DNA from: Laspinema palackyanum D2c
GTDB lineage: Bacteria > Cyanobacteriota > Cyanobacteriia > Cyanobacteriales > Laspinemataceae
NCBI RefSeq assembly: GCF_025370875.1
Contig: NZ_JAMXFD010000004.1
Span: forward strand, 196,777-260,776
DNA: 64,000 nucleotides
Direction of reading: 5' to 3'
The translations under genes were made by a program, and so were the position numbers. The notes beneath the pieces are model-generated. The model searched no databases. It was not told the origin of the DNA and saw nothing but the letters and a program-made list of their open reading frames with translations. Positions 9,641-19,469 of the stretch are shown here, piece by piece (position 1 is the stretch's first letter; each line of letters opens with the position of its first letter).

Positions 9641-10468
9641 ACAACCGGATTCCGTATGAAATTGGGATAGAGCAGTTCCCGAACTCATGGGAGACAAATG
9701 CGATTAGGAGTGCGAGCATCTTGCTCGCTTGAGACAAGGGTGAATTGATATACAACGCGAGAAAAGCAGCATTACAGATTGAGGACGACCCAATTTTTCG
9801 GCTGTAGCAACGGGTTGGCGATCGCCAGGGAAAGGAACCATCCGAGACTGGGGTGGCACAGGATTCGGCAACCGGAGGCAGTTTCCCACTCATTATCCAT
9901 AGCATCAACTGCATCAACAAGCTCAAGAGAAAGCTTAAAATATAATAAAATCCTGGGCAATGTCCCCAGATAATCTTCCGCTTAGATCCTAGCCTGAGCT
10001 TCTGCATGGGTTGAACGCTGTGTTCCGGAGTCACCCGCATCGAGCCGGTGATTTTCAAAAAATGTAGAAAAATTTAAGATTTACGCCTCGGCAAAGTCGG
10101 AAAAAAGTGTTAAAATAGACAGAATCCCTAGATAAAAACCCTTCAAAAAATATTTTACCCCTTGCTGTCCTAAAATCCAAAAAATTGTTTATGATAGAGG
10201 TATAGAAGTTTAACGGACGGGGTAGCAATGGCGAAACGAGGTTAGATTTTAAAATTCCACCCCCTGATCAGCATCTAACACCTGATCTAAGCCATGAATT
10301 ACCCCCAGTCAGACTTTGAAAATGGGTAGTCTAGATTACAATTAATCCGCTCAAACCCGAGCAGGACTCGTTATCCCAGACCACTCATCAAAAACCGGCA
10401 ATTCTATCCTGATTGAGCCTATCTAAATGTTAATGTTGTGGTACTAGAGAGATAGGAAAATAATTAAC

Positions 10469-13171
10469 ATGAACAGCCAAGTCACCAACACTCAAGAACT
10501 CGAACAACTCATTCAGCGGGTCAAAGCGGCCCAAGAAAAATATGCCACCTACAGTCAGCAACAGGTGGATGAAATTTTCAAGAAAGCAGCCCTAGCCGCC
10601 AACTCAGCCCGAATTCCCCTGGCCAAGAAAGCGGTAGCAGAAACCGGCATGGGAGTCGTGGAAGACAAGGTGATCAAAAACCACTTTGCCTCAGAAATTA
10701 TCTACAACAAATATAAGCACGAAAAAACCTGCGGCATTATCGAAGAAGACAAATCTTTTGGCTTCCAGAAAATAGCCGAACCTGTGGGCATTCTGGCGGG
10801 GATCGTCCCCACAACCAACCCCACTTCTACGGCTATTTTTAAAGCCCTGCTTGCCCTGAAGACCCGGAACGGGATTATTTTCTCTCCCCACCCTCGGGCG
10901 AAAGAATGCACCCGAGATGCGGCAAAAATCATCCTGGAAGCTGCCGTAGCTGCCGGAGCACCCGAAGACCTCATCGGCTGGATTGACGAGCCCACGGTGC
11001 CGTTATCCCAGCACTTGATGCAGCATCCTGATATTAAATTAATCCTGGCAACCGGCGGTCCGGGTATGGTGAAAGCGGCCTATTCTTCCGGACATCCGTC
11101 TTTAGGGGTAGGTGCTGGAAATACTCCGGCGGTGATTGATGAAACTGCCCATATTAAAATGGCTGTTTCCTCGATTATTCTGAGCAAAACCTTTGACAAT
11201 GGGATGATTTGCGCCTCAGAACAATCGGTGATTGTGGTAGATGAGGTGTATGAGGAGGTCAAACAGGAATTTAGCGATCGCGGCGCATACTTCCTGAATC
11301 CGGAAGAACGGCAAAAACTCGGCAGCAAAATCATTGTCAACGGACGCTTAAATCCGGATATTGTCGGACAATCCATCCAAAAACTGGCTGAAATTGCCGG
11401 AATTTCCGTTCCAGAAGAGACGCGGGTCCTGATTGGGGAAGTAGAAGAGATTTCCGAAGCGGAACCCTTTGCCTACGAGAAACTCTCCGCTATCTTAGCC
11501 ATGTATCGGGCGACAGATTTTCACGATTCCGTCCATAAAGCCCATGACTTAGTGCAGTTTGGCGGACGGGGACATACTGCCGTACTCTATACATCTCCGG
11601 CGAATACCCAGAATATCCACGAATTTGAAGGGCAAATGCAAACGGCGCGGGTGCTGATTAATACTCCCTCCTCTCAAGGGGCGATCGGCGACCTATATAA
11701 CTTCCGCCTTGACCCCTCCCTGACCCTCGGTTGCGGCACCTGGGGAGGCAACTCCATCAGCGAAAACGTCGGTCCCCACCATCTGCTCAACATCAAAACC
11801 ATCTCGGAACGCCGGGAAAATATGCTTTGGTTCCGGATTCCGCCCAAAGTGTACTTTAAATATGGTTCCCTCCCGATCGCCCTGCGGGAACTCGCCGGAA
11901 AACAACGCGCCTTTATCGTCACCGATAAACCGTTGTACGACATGGGTCTCACCAAGTCCGTGGAAGAAGTCCTCGAAGAAATTGGCGTTAAATATGACAT
12001 CTTCTTCGACGTCGAACCCGATCCATCCCTGACTACGGTCAATAAGGGACTGGCGCGGATGAACTCTTTCAAACCCGACGTGATTATCGCCCTCGGGGGA
12101 GGTTCCCCGATGGATGCGGCGAAAGTCATGTGGTTGATGTATGAACATCCGGAAATCGAATTTGAAGGACTCGCCACCCGGTTTATGGACATCCGCAAAC
12201 GGGTGTACGAACTCCCGCCATTGGGTGTCAAAGCGATCATGGTTGCCATTCCCACCACTTCGGGAACGGGTTCAGAAGTCACCCCCTTCGCCGTCGTCAC
12301 GGACGATCGCACGGGGATCAAGTATCCCCTGGCAGATTACGCCCTCACTCCGAACATGGCGATCGTCGATCCGGAATTGGTGCTGAATATGCCCAAGAAA
12401 CTCACCGCCTACGGTGGCATCGACGCCCTCACCCATGCCTTAGAAGCCTACGTTTCCGTCTGTGCTTCTGAGTTTACCAACGGATTGGCCTTAGAAGCGA
12501 TTCGCCTGCTGTTTAAGTATCTGCCTTCCTCCTACAAAAACGGGGCCAAAGACCCGAAAGCGCGGGAGAAAGTGCATTATGCGGCGACGATCGCCGGGAT
12601 GGCATTTGCGAACGCCTTCCTCGGGGTCTGTCACTCAATGGCGCATAAACTGGGTTCGACCTTCCATGTCCCCCACGGGTTAGCCAATGCCCTGATGATT
12701 TCTCACGTCATCCGGTATAATGCCACGGACACGCCCTTTAAGCAAGCCATCTTCCCGCAATACAAATATCCCAATGCCAAATGGCGGTATGCGCGGATTG
12801 CCGACTATCTCGGACTCGGTGGGGATACCGAACAAGAGAAAATCGAGAAATTGGTAGAGGCGATCGAGAACCTCAAGAAAGAGTTAGACATTCCTCTGAC
12901 CCTGAAAGAAGCCCTCTCTGGGGATGACAAAGCCTTCTACGAAGAAGTGGAAGAAATGGCGGATCAGGCATTTGACGACCAATGTACAGGTGCCAATCCC
13001 CGCTATCCCCTGATTCGCGACCTTAAAGAGTTGTATGTCCTAGCTTACCGGGGTTGCCGCATCGATTCCGCTTTGTATCATCAAGAATCTCAGGAAGAGG
13101 TGTTACAAGGCAATGGCGCTGATGCTGTAACTTCTATCATCCAGCCGGTGATGGTGGAAAGTAACTCGTAA
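10469..13171 (+). CDS. adhE: Bifunctional acetaldehyde-CoA / alcohol dehydrogenase (AdhE).
   Basis: 900 aa. The N-terminal aldehyde dehydrogenase domain (RIPLAKKAVAETGMGVVEDKVIKNHFASE, FDNGMICASEQ) is fused to a C-terminal iron-type alcohol dehydrogenase domain (GGGSPMDAAK, HSMAHKLG). Confidence 0.92.
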   Translation: MNSQVTNTQELEQLIQRVKAAQEKYATYSQQQVDEIFKKAALAANSARIPLAKKAVAETGMGVVEDKVIKNHFASEIIYNKYKHEKTCGIIEEDKSFGFQKIAEPVGILAGIVPTTNPTSTAIFKALLALKTRNGIIFSPHPRAKECTRDAAKIILEAAVAAGAPEDLIGWIDEPTVPLSQHLMQHPDIKLILATGGPGMVKAAYSSGHPSLGVGAGNTPAVIDETAHIKMAVSSIILSKTFDNGMICASEQSVIVVDEVYEEVKQEFSDRGAYFLNPEERQKLGSKIIVNGRLNPDIVGQSIQKLAEIAGISVPEETRVLIGEVEEISEAEPFAYEKLSAILAMYRATDFHDSVHKAHDLVQFGGRGHTAVLYTSPANTQNIHEFEGQMQTARVLINTPSSQGAIGDLYNFRLDPSLTLGCGTWGGNSISENVGPHHLLNIKTISERRENMLWFRIPPKVYFKYGSLPIALRELAGKQRAFIVTDKPLYDMGLTKSVEEVLEEIGVKYDIFFDVEPDPSLTTVNKGLARMNSFKPDVIIALGGGSPMDAAKVMWLMYEHPEIEFEGLATRFMDIRKRVYELPPLGVKAIMVAIPTTSGTGSEVTPFAVVTDDRTGIKYPLADYALTPNMAIVDPELVLNMPKKLTAYGGIDALTHALEAYVSVCASEFTNGLALEAIRLLFKYLPSSYKNGAKDPKAREKVHYAATIAGMAFANAFLGVCHSMAHKLGSTFHVPHGLANALMISHVIRYNATDTPFKQAIFPQYKYPNAKWRYARIADYLGLGGDTEQEKIEKLVEAIENLKKELDIPLTLKEALSGDDKAFYEEVEEMADQAFDDQCTGANPRYPLIRDLKELYVLAYRGCRIDSALYHQESQEEVLQGNGADAVTSIIQPVMVESNS

Positions 13172-13192
13172 TGTCCAGCTAATGTACAAAGG

Positions 13193-13219
13193 AAAAGCCC
13201 GCTTAAGCGGGCTTTTTTC
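13193..13219 (+). terminator. Rho-independent terminator of adhE.
   Basis: AAGCCCGCTTAAGCGGGCTT perfect hairpin followed by TTTTTCT, 22 nt after the adhE stop. Confidence 0.8.
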
Positions 13220-14092
13220 TTGGAGAGGCGATCGGGCTTATAGGAAGATGCTATCTCCTTGAATCACTATACCTTCGCTATGCGGCTTCGCGTGCCGTCG
13301 GTGCATCACATCTTTCTCGCTTCTTCCATGATAATCTGATGTAGAAGCGCTACAGAGTTGATTTGCATTTTTTTAACCCAATCAATACTTCTGTATAAAG
13401 TCATTTAATAATCTACCTTTTTCACAGTAAGCCTATCCATCCTCACATTTTTCCCTCATGATTAAGGGGCCGATCGCTCAGTAGTAACATTCCTCTCAAT
13501 TGACGGGAGTGCGCCAGGGCCATTTTATCGATAAAAACAATTTAGAGAAAATTAGGGTATCTTGGCGCGATTCCTCTCTATCCCGGGGTAGATATTGAAA
13601 AATTTCTTAATTTCACTTAAACGAGAAATTTAAGTGAAATTATCTCTGAAATCTTTAAATAGGAGCGGATAAAATACAGAGGGAGTGATTTTTTTTGCTA
13701 AATCAATCTATCAAATATCCCGGTATTGTCACATTTAAGTAAGAATCATCCGCTCCCAGTTCATGGACTCACCCTTGAAAAAAATGGGTTTTCCATCCCC
13801 CGGATTTTTGGGGAGGACTGCCGGGGACTTTTCTTTATTATATCTCTAAAGTTATTGTGCTGCATGGATTTGATGGTTTTTATCGGGAGGATTATTTGAC
13901 CGATCGCCCCCTTCATCCGGGCGATCGCAATCCCTTGAATCCCCCACACAGAACTATTTCTGATAGAGAATAGGCCCCGCTATCCCAGGAATTTTGACAA
14001 ATTTTTCGCGGGAGTGGTCAAATTGAAAACCATCGTGTAACATTACTTCATATCTCGATATTTCGATTCTTCACTTATTAAGGAAAAACCTG

Positions 14093-14695
14093 ATGAAGTC
14101 TAAATTTTGGAACGGTTTCAACAAAAAAGTTGCTCTCTTTTTGGGTGTTGCAGGGACAAGTTTACTGATGGGATTGCCTGTGGTGGCAGGGGTTAGCACC
14201 GCAGCAGATAAGATGACCGATTCTAATGAGGCGATCGCTCAATCTGGGACTCAAACCCCCGCGAGCACAATGGAAACGAGTCAACAGACAATTGCTGACA
14301 TTGCTGCGGGTAGCGAATCCTTCTCCACCCTCACTACCGCTTTAGAAGCTGCCGGTTTAACCGATACCCTCTCCGGTGAAGGTCCCTTCACCGTGTTTGC
14401 ACCCACCGATGAGGCATTTGCCGCTTTACCCGAAGGCACTTTAGAGCAGTTATTACAGCCGGAAAACCGCCAGCTTTTGGTTCAAGTTTTAACCTATCAT
14501 GTCGTAGAGGGTTCAGTCATGTCTGGGGATTTGAGCACCACGCAAGTTCCCAGCATTGAAGGACGTTCCATCAATGTGACAGTGGGTGACGATGGCGTTA
14601 TGGTCAATAGTGCTAACGTGGTTCAAGCCGATATCCAAGCCAGTAACGGCGTGATTCATGTGATTGATAAAGTAATTCTGCCGCCTCAAATGTAG
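14093..14695 (+). CDS. Secreted fasciclin (FAS1) domain protein.
   Basis: Signal peptide, then a FAS1 signature (FTVFAPTDEAFAALPEGTLEQLL ... VLTYHVVEG ... NGVIHVIDKVILP). Confidence 0.8.
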   Translation: MKSKFWNGFNKKVALFLGVAGTSLLMGLPVVAGVSTAADKMTDSNEAIAQSGTQTPASTMETSQQTIADIAAGSESFSTLTTALEAAGLTDTLSGEGPFTVFAPTDEAFAALPEGTLEQLLQPENRQLLVQVLTYHVVEGSVMSGDLSTTQVPSIEGRSINVTVGDDGVMVNSANVVQADIQASNGVIHVIDKVILPPQM

Positions 14696-14819
14696 GAAAA
14701 TTTGTCCTAAAGGTAGCGACAATTTACTGCATTAAACCCAACGCTTGAGTCAATTGGGTTGGGGGTTTAGCTATGGAATGAGAGAGCTAAACTCCCTTTT
14801 TCCCCTGAAATGACACCGT

Positions 14820-15398
14820 TTACTTGGATAAATTTTCCCAATCTTCCCGCAAAATGGCATACAGTTTCATATCATCAAATCTGCCTTTGCTAAACATCTG
14901 TTGGCGGAGGATTCCTTCATATTTCATGCCAACTTTTTCCATCACCCTTGCGGAGGGGTGATTAGGCAGTTTACATCGCGCCTCAATCCGGTTTAAGTTA
15001 GTTTCCTGAAAGCCAAAGGCGAGGACAGCTTTTACAGCTTCGGGCATATATCCTTTTCCCCAATAGCGTCGGGATAAAGCATAGCCGATTTCAGCGTGAT
15101 GATCAGCTTGAACCCAGTTGACGAAACCACAAGTGCCGATTAATTTGCAGTCGCCTTTATGGATAATGCCCCAATCACCACTTTTATGGGTCTGATATTT
15201 TTCGAGGATAGAATTTAAAAAAATATAGCTGTCTTCTAGGGATTGATGGGGGTGCCAGGTTGTGTATTGGGCTACTTCAGGGTCTGAGGCATACTCAAAC
15301 AGATCCGGTGCATCCTCTCGGCTCATTTTTCTAAGAATGAGCCGATCGCTTTCCAGGGTTGGTAAGTCAGGATATAAAGTTAGAGTCATGAGGATCAT
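14820..15398 (-). CDS. GNAT-family N-acetyltransferase (RimJ/RimL-like).
   Basis: LILRKMSREDAPDLFEYASDPEV...IGYALSRRYWGKGYMPEAVKAVLAFGF...NLNRIEARCKLPNHPSARVMEKVGMKYEG. Confidence 0.8.
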   Translation of the reverse strand: MILMTLTLYPDLPTLESDRLILRKMSREDAPDLFEYASDPEVAQYTTWHPHQSLEDSYIFLNSILEKYQTHKSGDWGIIHKGDCKLIGTCGFVNWVQADHHAEIGYALSRRYWGKGYMPEAVKAVLAFGFQETNLNRIEARCKLPNHPSARVMEKVGMKYEGILRQQMFSKGRFDDMKLYAILREDWENLSK

Positions 15399-15489
15399 CT
15401 CCTAACAAAGTCTCACGGTATGATAAGAGTGCCGATCGCCCTCCATCTGGGCGACTGTCACTCAATTTGAGTTTGAGGTAAAACTGGCA

Positions 15490-15786
15490 TTATGGATTGA
15501 CATATTCTAAGCTTTTGAGGACTTTAATTTGTTCCTCTAACTCTAAAAATAGTTTATATTCTCCCGCCCATTCTAAATATTCTAAATCTCCCCCATCCAT
15601 ATCTTCTGCCGTCAGTCTATTTTTCAACTGATGGGAGGGTTGATTATATTTATCTTCAAACGCCTGAAGTCTTTTTTTTGTAAATTTCAGATTTTTTTCA
15701 ATGCGATCTATTTCAGCAGCGATCGCTCTTTTTATTAAGTCCGTCACTCGGTCTGGATTATCCGTTTTGAGAATAATTTCGGCCAC
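15490..15786 (-). CDS. Hypothetical 98-aa protein (charged, probably helical).
   Basis: ORF only. Co-directional with and upstream of the GNAT gene. No recognisable domain. Confidence 0.4.
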   Translation of the reverse strand: MAEIILKTDNPDRVTDLIKRAIAAEIDRIEKNLKFTKKRLQAFEDKYNQPSHQLKNRLTAEDMDGGDLEYLEWAGEYKLFLELEEQIKVLKSLEYVNP

Positions 15787-15962
15787 ATTCTTACCTCTTC
15801 ATGCTCTGCTGTTCCAGTATAAACCAATAGATCCTCGCTGAGGCGACTACTCCCGCCTAGGGTCTTTGGAGGCCGCGATCGCCACTGGCTTCAACTCAGA
15901 CTACCATTACGGGGTCTCTACCAGTACAATAAAACTGACCCATTACCGTTAACTGGTTTCCG

Positions 15963-17177
15963 ATGAAGCTGAGTCTTTGCACCATTGTCAAAAACGAAGA
16001 AGCTACCCTTCCCAAATGTCTTGCCAGCGTCAAGGATCTGGTAGATGAAATGGTGGTTCTTGATACCGGATCCACCGATCGCACCGTAGAAATCGCCCAA
16101 GAGTTTGGGGCTGATGTTCATCACTTCGACTGGTGCAATGATTTTGCTGCGGCGCGAAATGAATCCCTTAAATATGCTCAAGGGGACTGGATTCTCGTAT
16201 TAGATGCAGATGAAGTGTTAACCCCGGAAGTTGTCCCCCAAATCAAAGAATTGATTAATGGAAGTGGCAACGCCCAACCGAAACCCTATCTTTTAATGAA
16301 CTTAATTCGTCAAGAAGTCGGGGCGCAACAATCCCCTTATTCCCTGGTTTCACGCTTGTTTAGAAATCAACCGGGAATCCAGTTTGAGCGGCCCTATCAT
16401 GCCATGATTGATGATAGTGTGCAGCGGATGTTACAGCAGCAATCCAATCAATGGCAGGTGGGTTCGTTGATGGAGGTGGCAATTTTACATGAAGGGTATC
16501 AAGCCGAAGCGATCGCCTCCCGAGATAAATTGACCCGGGCCCGAGAATCAATGGAATCCTATCTCGCCGCCCATCCCAACGATGCTTATACTTGCAGCAA
16601 ACTCGGGGCCTTGTATGTGCAAACCGGAGAGATTAAACGGGGGATGCAGTTATTAAAACTGGGATTAGCCGCCAGTACAAGGTTAGAACCCCTGGTTGTG
16701 TATGAACTGCATTATCATTTGGGAATCGCCTATACGCGCCAGCAGAAACTGAGCAAAGCCAAAGCGCAGTATGAAAAAGCGGTTGCCCTGCCGATTTTAG
16801 AACCCATCAAATTGGGGGCGTATAATAACTTGGGGAACCTCCTGCTGGAAACCGGAAATCTCACCGGGGCGATCGCCACCTATCAAAAAGTCTTACAAAT
16901 CGACCCCTCCCTGAGTTCCGCCTATTTTAACCTGGGAATTGCCTTGAAAGAAAAAAAGCAAATTCCCCTGGCGATCGCCGCCTATTACAAAGCCATTCAA
17001 CTCAATCCCAACTATGCCGAAGCGTACCAAAATCTTGGCGTTGCCTTACTCAAAGGGGGGAATATTTTAGATGGATTAGAAGCCTTTCGACGGGCCGTTT
17101 CCCTCTATGAACAACGGAAATCCCCTGCGGGTCCAGCGTTGCGCCAAAGTTTAAAAGACATGGGATTTAAAATCTGA
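15963..17177 (+). CDS. Family-2 glycosyltransferase with C-terminal TPR repeats.
   Basis: N-terminal GT2 motifs (LSLCTIVKNEEATL, VVLDTGSTDRT, ARNESLKYAQGDWILVLDADE). C-terminal half has repeated TPR consensus (AYNNLGNLL, AYFNLGIAL, AYQNLGVAL). Confidence 0.8.
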   Translation: MKLSLCTIVKNEEATLPKCLASVKDLVDEMVVLDTGSTDRTVEIAQEFGADVHHFDWCNDFAAARNESLKYAQGDWILVLDADEVLTPEVVPQIKELINGSGNAQPKPYLLMNLIRQEVGAQQSPYSLVSRLFRNQPGIQFERPYHAMIDDSVQRMLQQQSNQWQVGSLMEVAILHEGYQAEAIASRDKLTRARESMESYLAAHPNDAYTCSKLGALYVQTGEIKRGMQLLKLGLAASTRLEPLVVYELHYHLGIAYTRQQKLSKAKAQYEKAVALPILEPIKLGAYNNLGNLLLETGNLTGAIATYQKVLQIDPSLSSAYFNLGIALKEKKQIPLAIAAYYKAIQLNPNYAEAYQNLGVALLKGGNILDGLEAFRRAVSLYEQRKSPAGPALRQSLKDMGFKI

Positions 17178-17308
17178 TAGGAACGCTCAAATTCCGTGGA
17201 ACCTATTGTCCGGCGGTTCTTCCGGTTCATCCGTGGGGTTGATGCGTGGGGATGAGGCCATACAATAAAAAGAATCAATAACCTGAGTTTCAACAGCGAG
17301 GAAAACAG

Positions 17309-18214
17309 ATGATACCTGGAGTTTTACCCGGAGATTTAGCCTGTGGTTGCCTGAGTACACTGATCCCAGAAGAACCCGACCCTGGGGCGGTTCCCGGACC
17401 GACAGCACCGGGAGCTCCCCCGGGTGAAGCCTTAAACCCGGCGGACTTTCTGGACCTCCAGGATGACGCCCTGCGCCCTGATGATTTTAGGCTGAGTCCG
17501 GGACAACTCGCTGAACGCCCAGGGGGAGTAAGAGCTTTAGCCGGGGATGATACGGTCATTGGTGCCACATCAAATGAACTGATCAACGGCAATTTGGGCA
17601 CCGATCTCTTATTTGGCCGAGGGGGTAATGATACCTTGCGCGGTGGACAGGATAATGATGCCGTTTATGGAGAAGAAGGGGATGATATTCTCAATGGCAA
17701 TCGCGGGGATGATTTAGTCCTCGGAGGTCGAGGAAACGATGTCGTGCGAGGGGGTCAAGACAACGATTTGCTGATAGGTGGGGAAGGAAATGATACCCTA
17801 ATCGGTGATTTCGGACTCGATCGCATGGTGGGGGGAAGTGGTACGGATTTATTTGTCCTTCGCACCGACGCCGCCTCCACCAATCCCGAACAAGCGGATA
17901 TTATTTTGGATTTTAATAACGATCGCATTGGACTCACCGAAGGCGTAACAGCCAATGATTTGGTATTTCAACCCTTTACTCGGGATTTACCAGCCGAACT
18001 TGATATTTTGCAAACCTATACGACCGATGATGTTTTGGTGTTAAGTGAATTGTCCCCAGGCCAACTGGACCCGAACGACAATGGACAGATAGAAGGGACA
18101 TTAATTCAACAGGAGTCCACAGGTAGAGTGTTAGCAGTTGTGCTCAATGCCACCGACAGCGAACTGCGAAGGGCAATCACCCCAGTACCGCCAGAGATTC
18201 TAGCCCTAGGGTAA
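17309..18214 (+). CDS. RTX / hemolysin-type calcium-binding repeat protein.
   Basis: Tandem nonapeptide repeats GGxGxDxLx (GGNDTLRGGQDNDAVYGEEGDDILNGNRGDDLVLGGRGNDVVRGGQDNDLLIGGEGNDTLIGD). Start codon is uncertain. Confidence 0.7.
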   Translation: MIPGVLPGDLACGCLSTLIPEEPDPGAVPGPTAPGAPPGEALNPADFLDLQDDALRPDDFRLSPGQLAERPGGVRALAGDDTVIGATSNELINGNLGTDLLFGRGGNDTLRGGQDNDAVYGEEGDDILNGNRGDDLVLGGRGNDVVRGGQDNDLLIGGEGNDTLIGDFGLDRMVGGSGTDLFVLRTDAASTNPEQADIILDFNNDRIGLTEGVTANDLVFQPFTRDLPAELDILQTYTTDDVLVLSELSPGQLDPNDNGQIEGTLIQQESTGRVLAVVLNATDSELRRAITPVPPEILALG

Positions 18215-18241
18215 CTTGAATAGGCGATCGCCCTCTTCCAG

Positions 18242-19105
18242 TTATTCCGGAGGCAATTCTAGGGGAATTTGACCTAACAATCCCTTGCGAAAATCATTGA
18301 GAATTTGCCGCGCCGCCCGTTCCACATCGCCTTCATATCGGGATTCGGCAAAATTATGGAGATAATCTTCCCCCGTCATGGGGAGAGGGTCAAGTTTATA
18401 GCGCGATCGCAACGCCTCCGGTGGCATCCATCCGGTCCCAATTGCCTCAATCTCTTTCACCATATCCACAAATGCCGATGCCACCCGTTGATTGTCATAA
18501 GCTGCCTCACCAATATCATCACAAATGGCTAACTTTAAAGCAGCATCTTGGTCCTCTAACTTACTGGGAATCACCCCAGGGGCATCCAACAGTTCCAGTT
18601 CATCGGAAATCCGCACCCAACGCAGTTGCTTAGTCACCCCCGCACGTCGGGCGCTTTCCACCACACGACGCCCAACTAAGCGATTAATCAACGCCGATTT
18701 GCCCACATTAGGAAACCCAATCACCACCGCACGAACAGCGCGAGGGCGCATCCCGCGATCGAGACGACGTTGATTCAGGGCAATCCCCGCCTCTTTTGCC
18801 GCCTTAGATATCGCCTTGATCCCCGTCCCATCTTGAGCATTGGTAAAATACGGCGTTTCTCCCTGACGTTGAAACCACAGATGCCAGCGATCGCGCAGGG
18901 GGGGCAAAATCGTATCCACCCGATTAATAATCAAAACTCGGCTTTTACTCCCCACCCACTGCGGCACCTGGGGATGATGGGTAGACAAAGGAATCCGCGC
19001 ATCCCGGACCTCCAACACCACATCCACCAGCTTCAATTGTTCCGCCAGTTGTTTTTCCGCCTTAGAAATATGGCCGGGATACCATTGAATGTCAGGAGTT
19101 GTCAT
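18242..19105 (-). CDS. rbgA: Ribosome biogenesis GTPase A (YlqF/RbgA), a circularly permuted GTPase.
   Basis: MTTPDIQWYPGHISKAEKQLAEQLKLVDVVLEVRDARIPLS ... VVIGFPNVGKSALINRL ... LLDAPGVIP. The six-frame ORF extends to 19180 through a low-complexity PSSPSSPS leader, so the start is placed at the conserved MTT (19105). Confidence 0.8.
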   Translation of the reverse strand: MTTPDIQWYPGHISKAEKQLAEQLKLVDVVLEVRDARIPLSTHHPQVPQWVGSKSRVLIINRVDTILPPLRDRWHLWFQRQGETPYFTNAQDGTGIKAISKAAKEAGIALNQRRLDRGMRPRAVRAVVIGFPNVGKSALINRLVGRRVVESARRAGVTKQLRWVRISDELELLDAPGVIPSKLEDQDAALKLAICDDIGEAAYDNQRVASAFVDMVKEIEAIGTGWMPPEALRSRYKLDPLPMTGEDYLHNFAESRYEGDVERAARQILNDFRKGLLGQIPLELPPE

Positions 19106-19120
19106 TGTTAAATACTTGAT

Positions 19121-19188
19121 AAATGCAGGATGGGGAGATGGGACAGATGGGGAAGATGGGGAGGATGGGGGAGAGACCATCCTCCCCT
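19121..19188. repeat. STRR-like short tandem repeat tract of octamers (GATGGGGA)n.
   Basis: GGATGGGGAGATGGGACAGATGGGGAAGATGGGGAGGATGGGGGAGAG. The same motif family recurs at 49859-49930 and 54596-54830. Contains four or more GGGG runs (G-quadruplex potential on the plus strand). Confidence 0.75.
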
Positions 19189-19282
19189 GTTCGTAGTAAC
19201 GACTTCAGTCGTTTCCGGCTTAACCAAGTCGAGGATTCAAACCATAAAGCTTAGGATGCTACATTTTAAGGAACCGGAAGAA

Positions 19283-19460
19283 CGACTGAAGTCGTTACTA
19301 CGAACAGAAGAGGGATAACGACTGAAGTCGTTACTACGAACAGAAGAGGGATAACGACTGAAGGCGTTACTACGAACAGAAGAGGGATAACGCCTGAAGG
19401 CGTTACTACGAACTAAGAGAAGATAACGACTGAAGTCGTTACTACAAACTAAGAGGGGAG
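19283..19460. repeat. Tandem array of five 36-bp units, each a 20-bp palindromic hairpin (AACGACTGAAGTCGTT flanked by GTAGTAAC-type arms) plus a conserved 16-bp linker (ACGAACAGAAGAGGGATA).
   Basis: Units begin at 19283, 19319, 19355, 19391 and 19427. Unit 4 carries a compensatory double change (CGCC/GGCG for CGAC/GTCG) and unit 3 is the hybrid. An isolated unit lies at 19190-19214. The ORF 19237-19494(-) with RSNDFSRYPSSV repeats is a translation artefact. Confidence 0.85.
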
Positions 19461-19469
19461 AAACTTGCC

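Noticed and set aside
9639-10058. 139-aa ORF on the minus strand upstream of adhE
   Set aside because: No recognisable domain. Low-complexity hydrophobic composition. Overlaps repeat sequence. More plausibly part of a non-coding leader.
11674-12321. 215-aa and 151-aa antisense ORFs within adhE
   Set aside because: They lie entirely inside the well-supported adhE coding frame. Antisense ORFs of this size are expected by chance in GC-balanced genes.
19283-19460. Possible CRISPR array (regular 36-bp periodic palindromic repeats)
   Set aside because: There are no unique spacers. The 16-bp inter-hairpin segment is conserved between units, so the whole 36-bp unit is repeated. The same unit is dispersed singly across the window. 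No cas genes are nearby.
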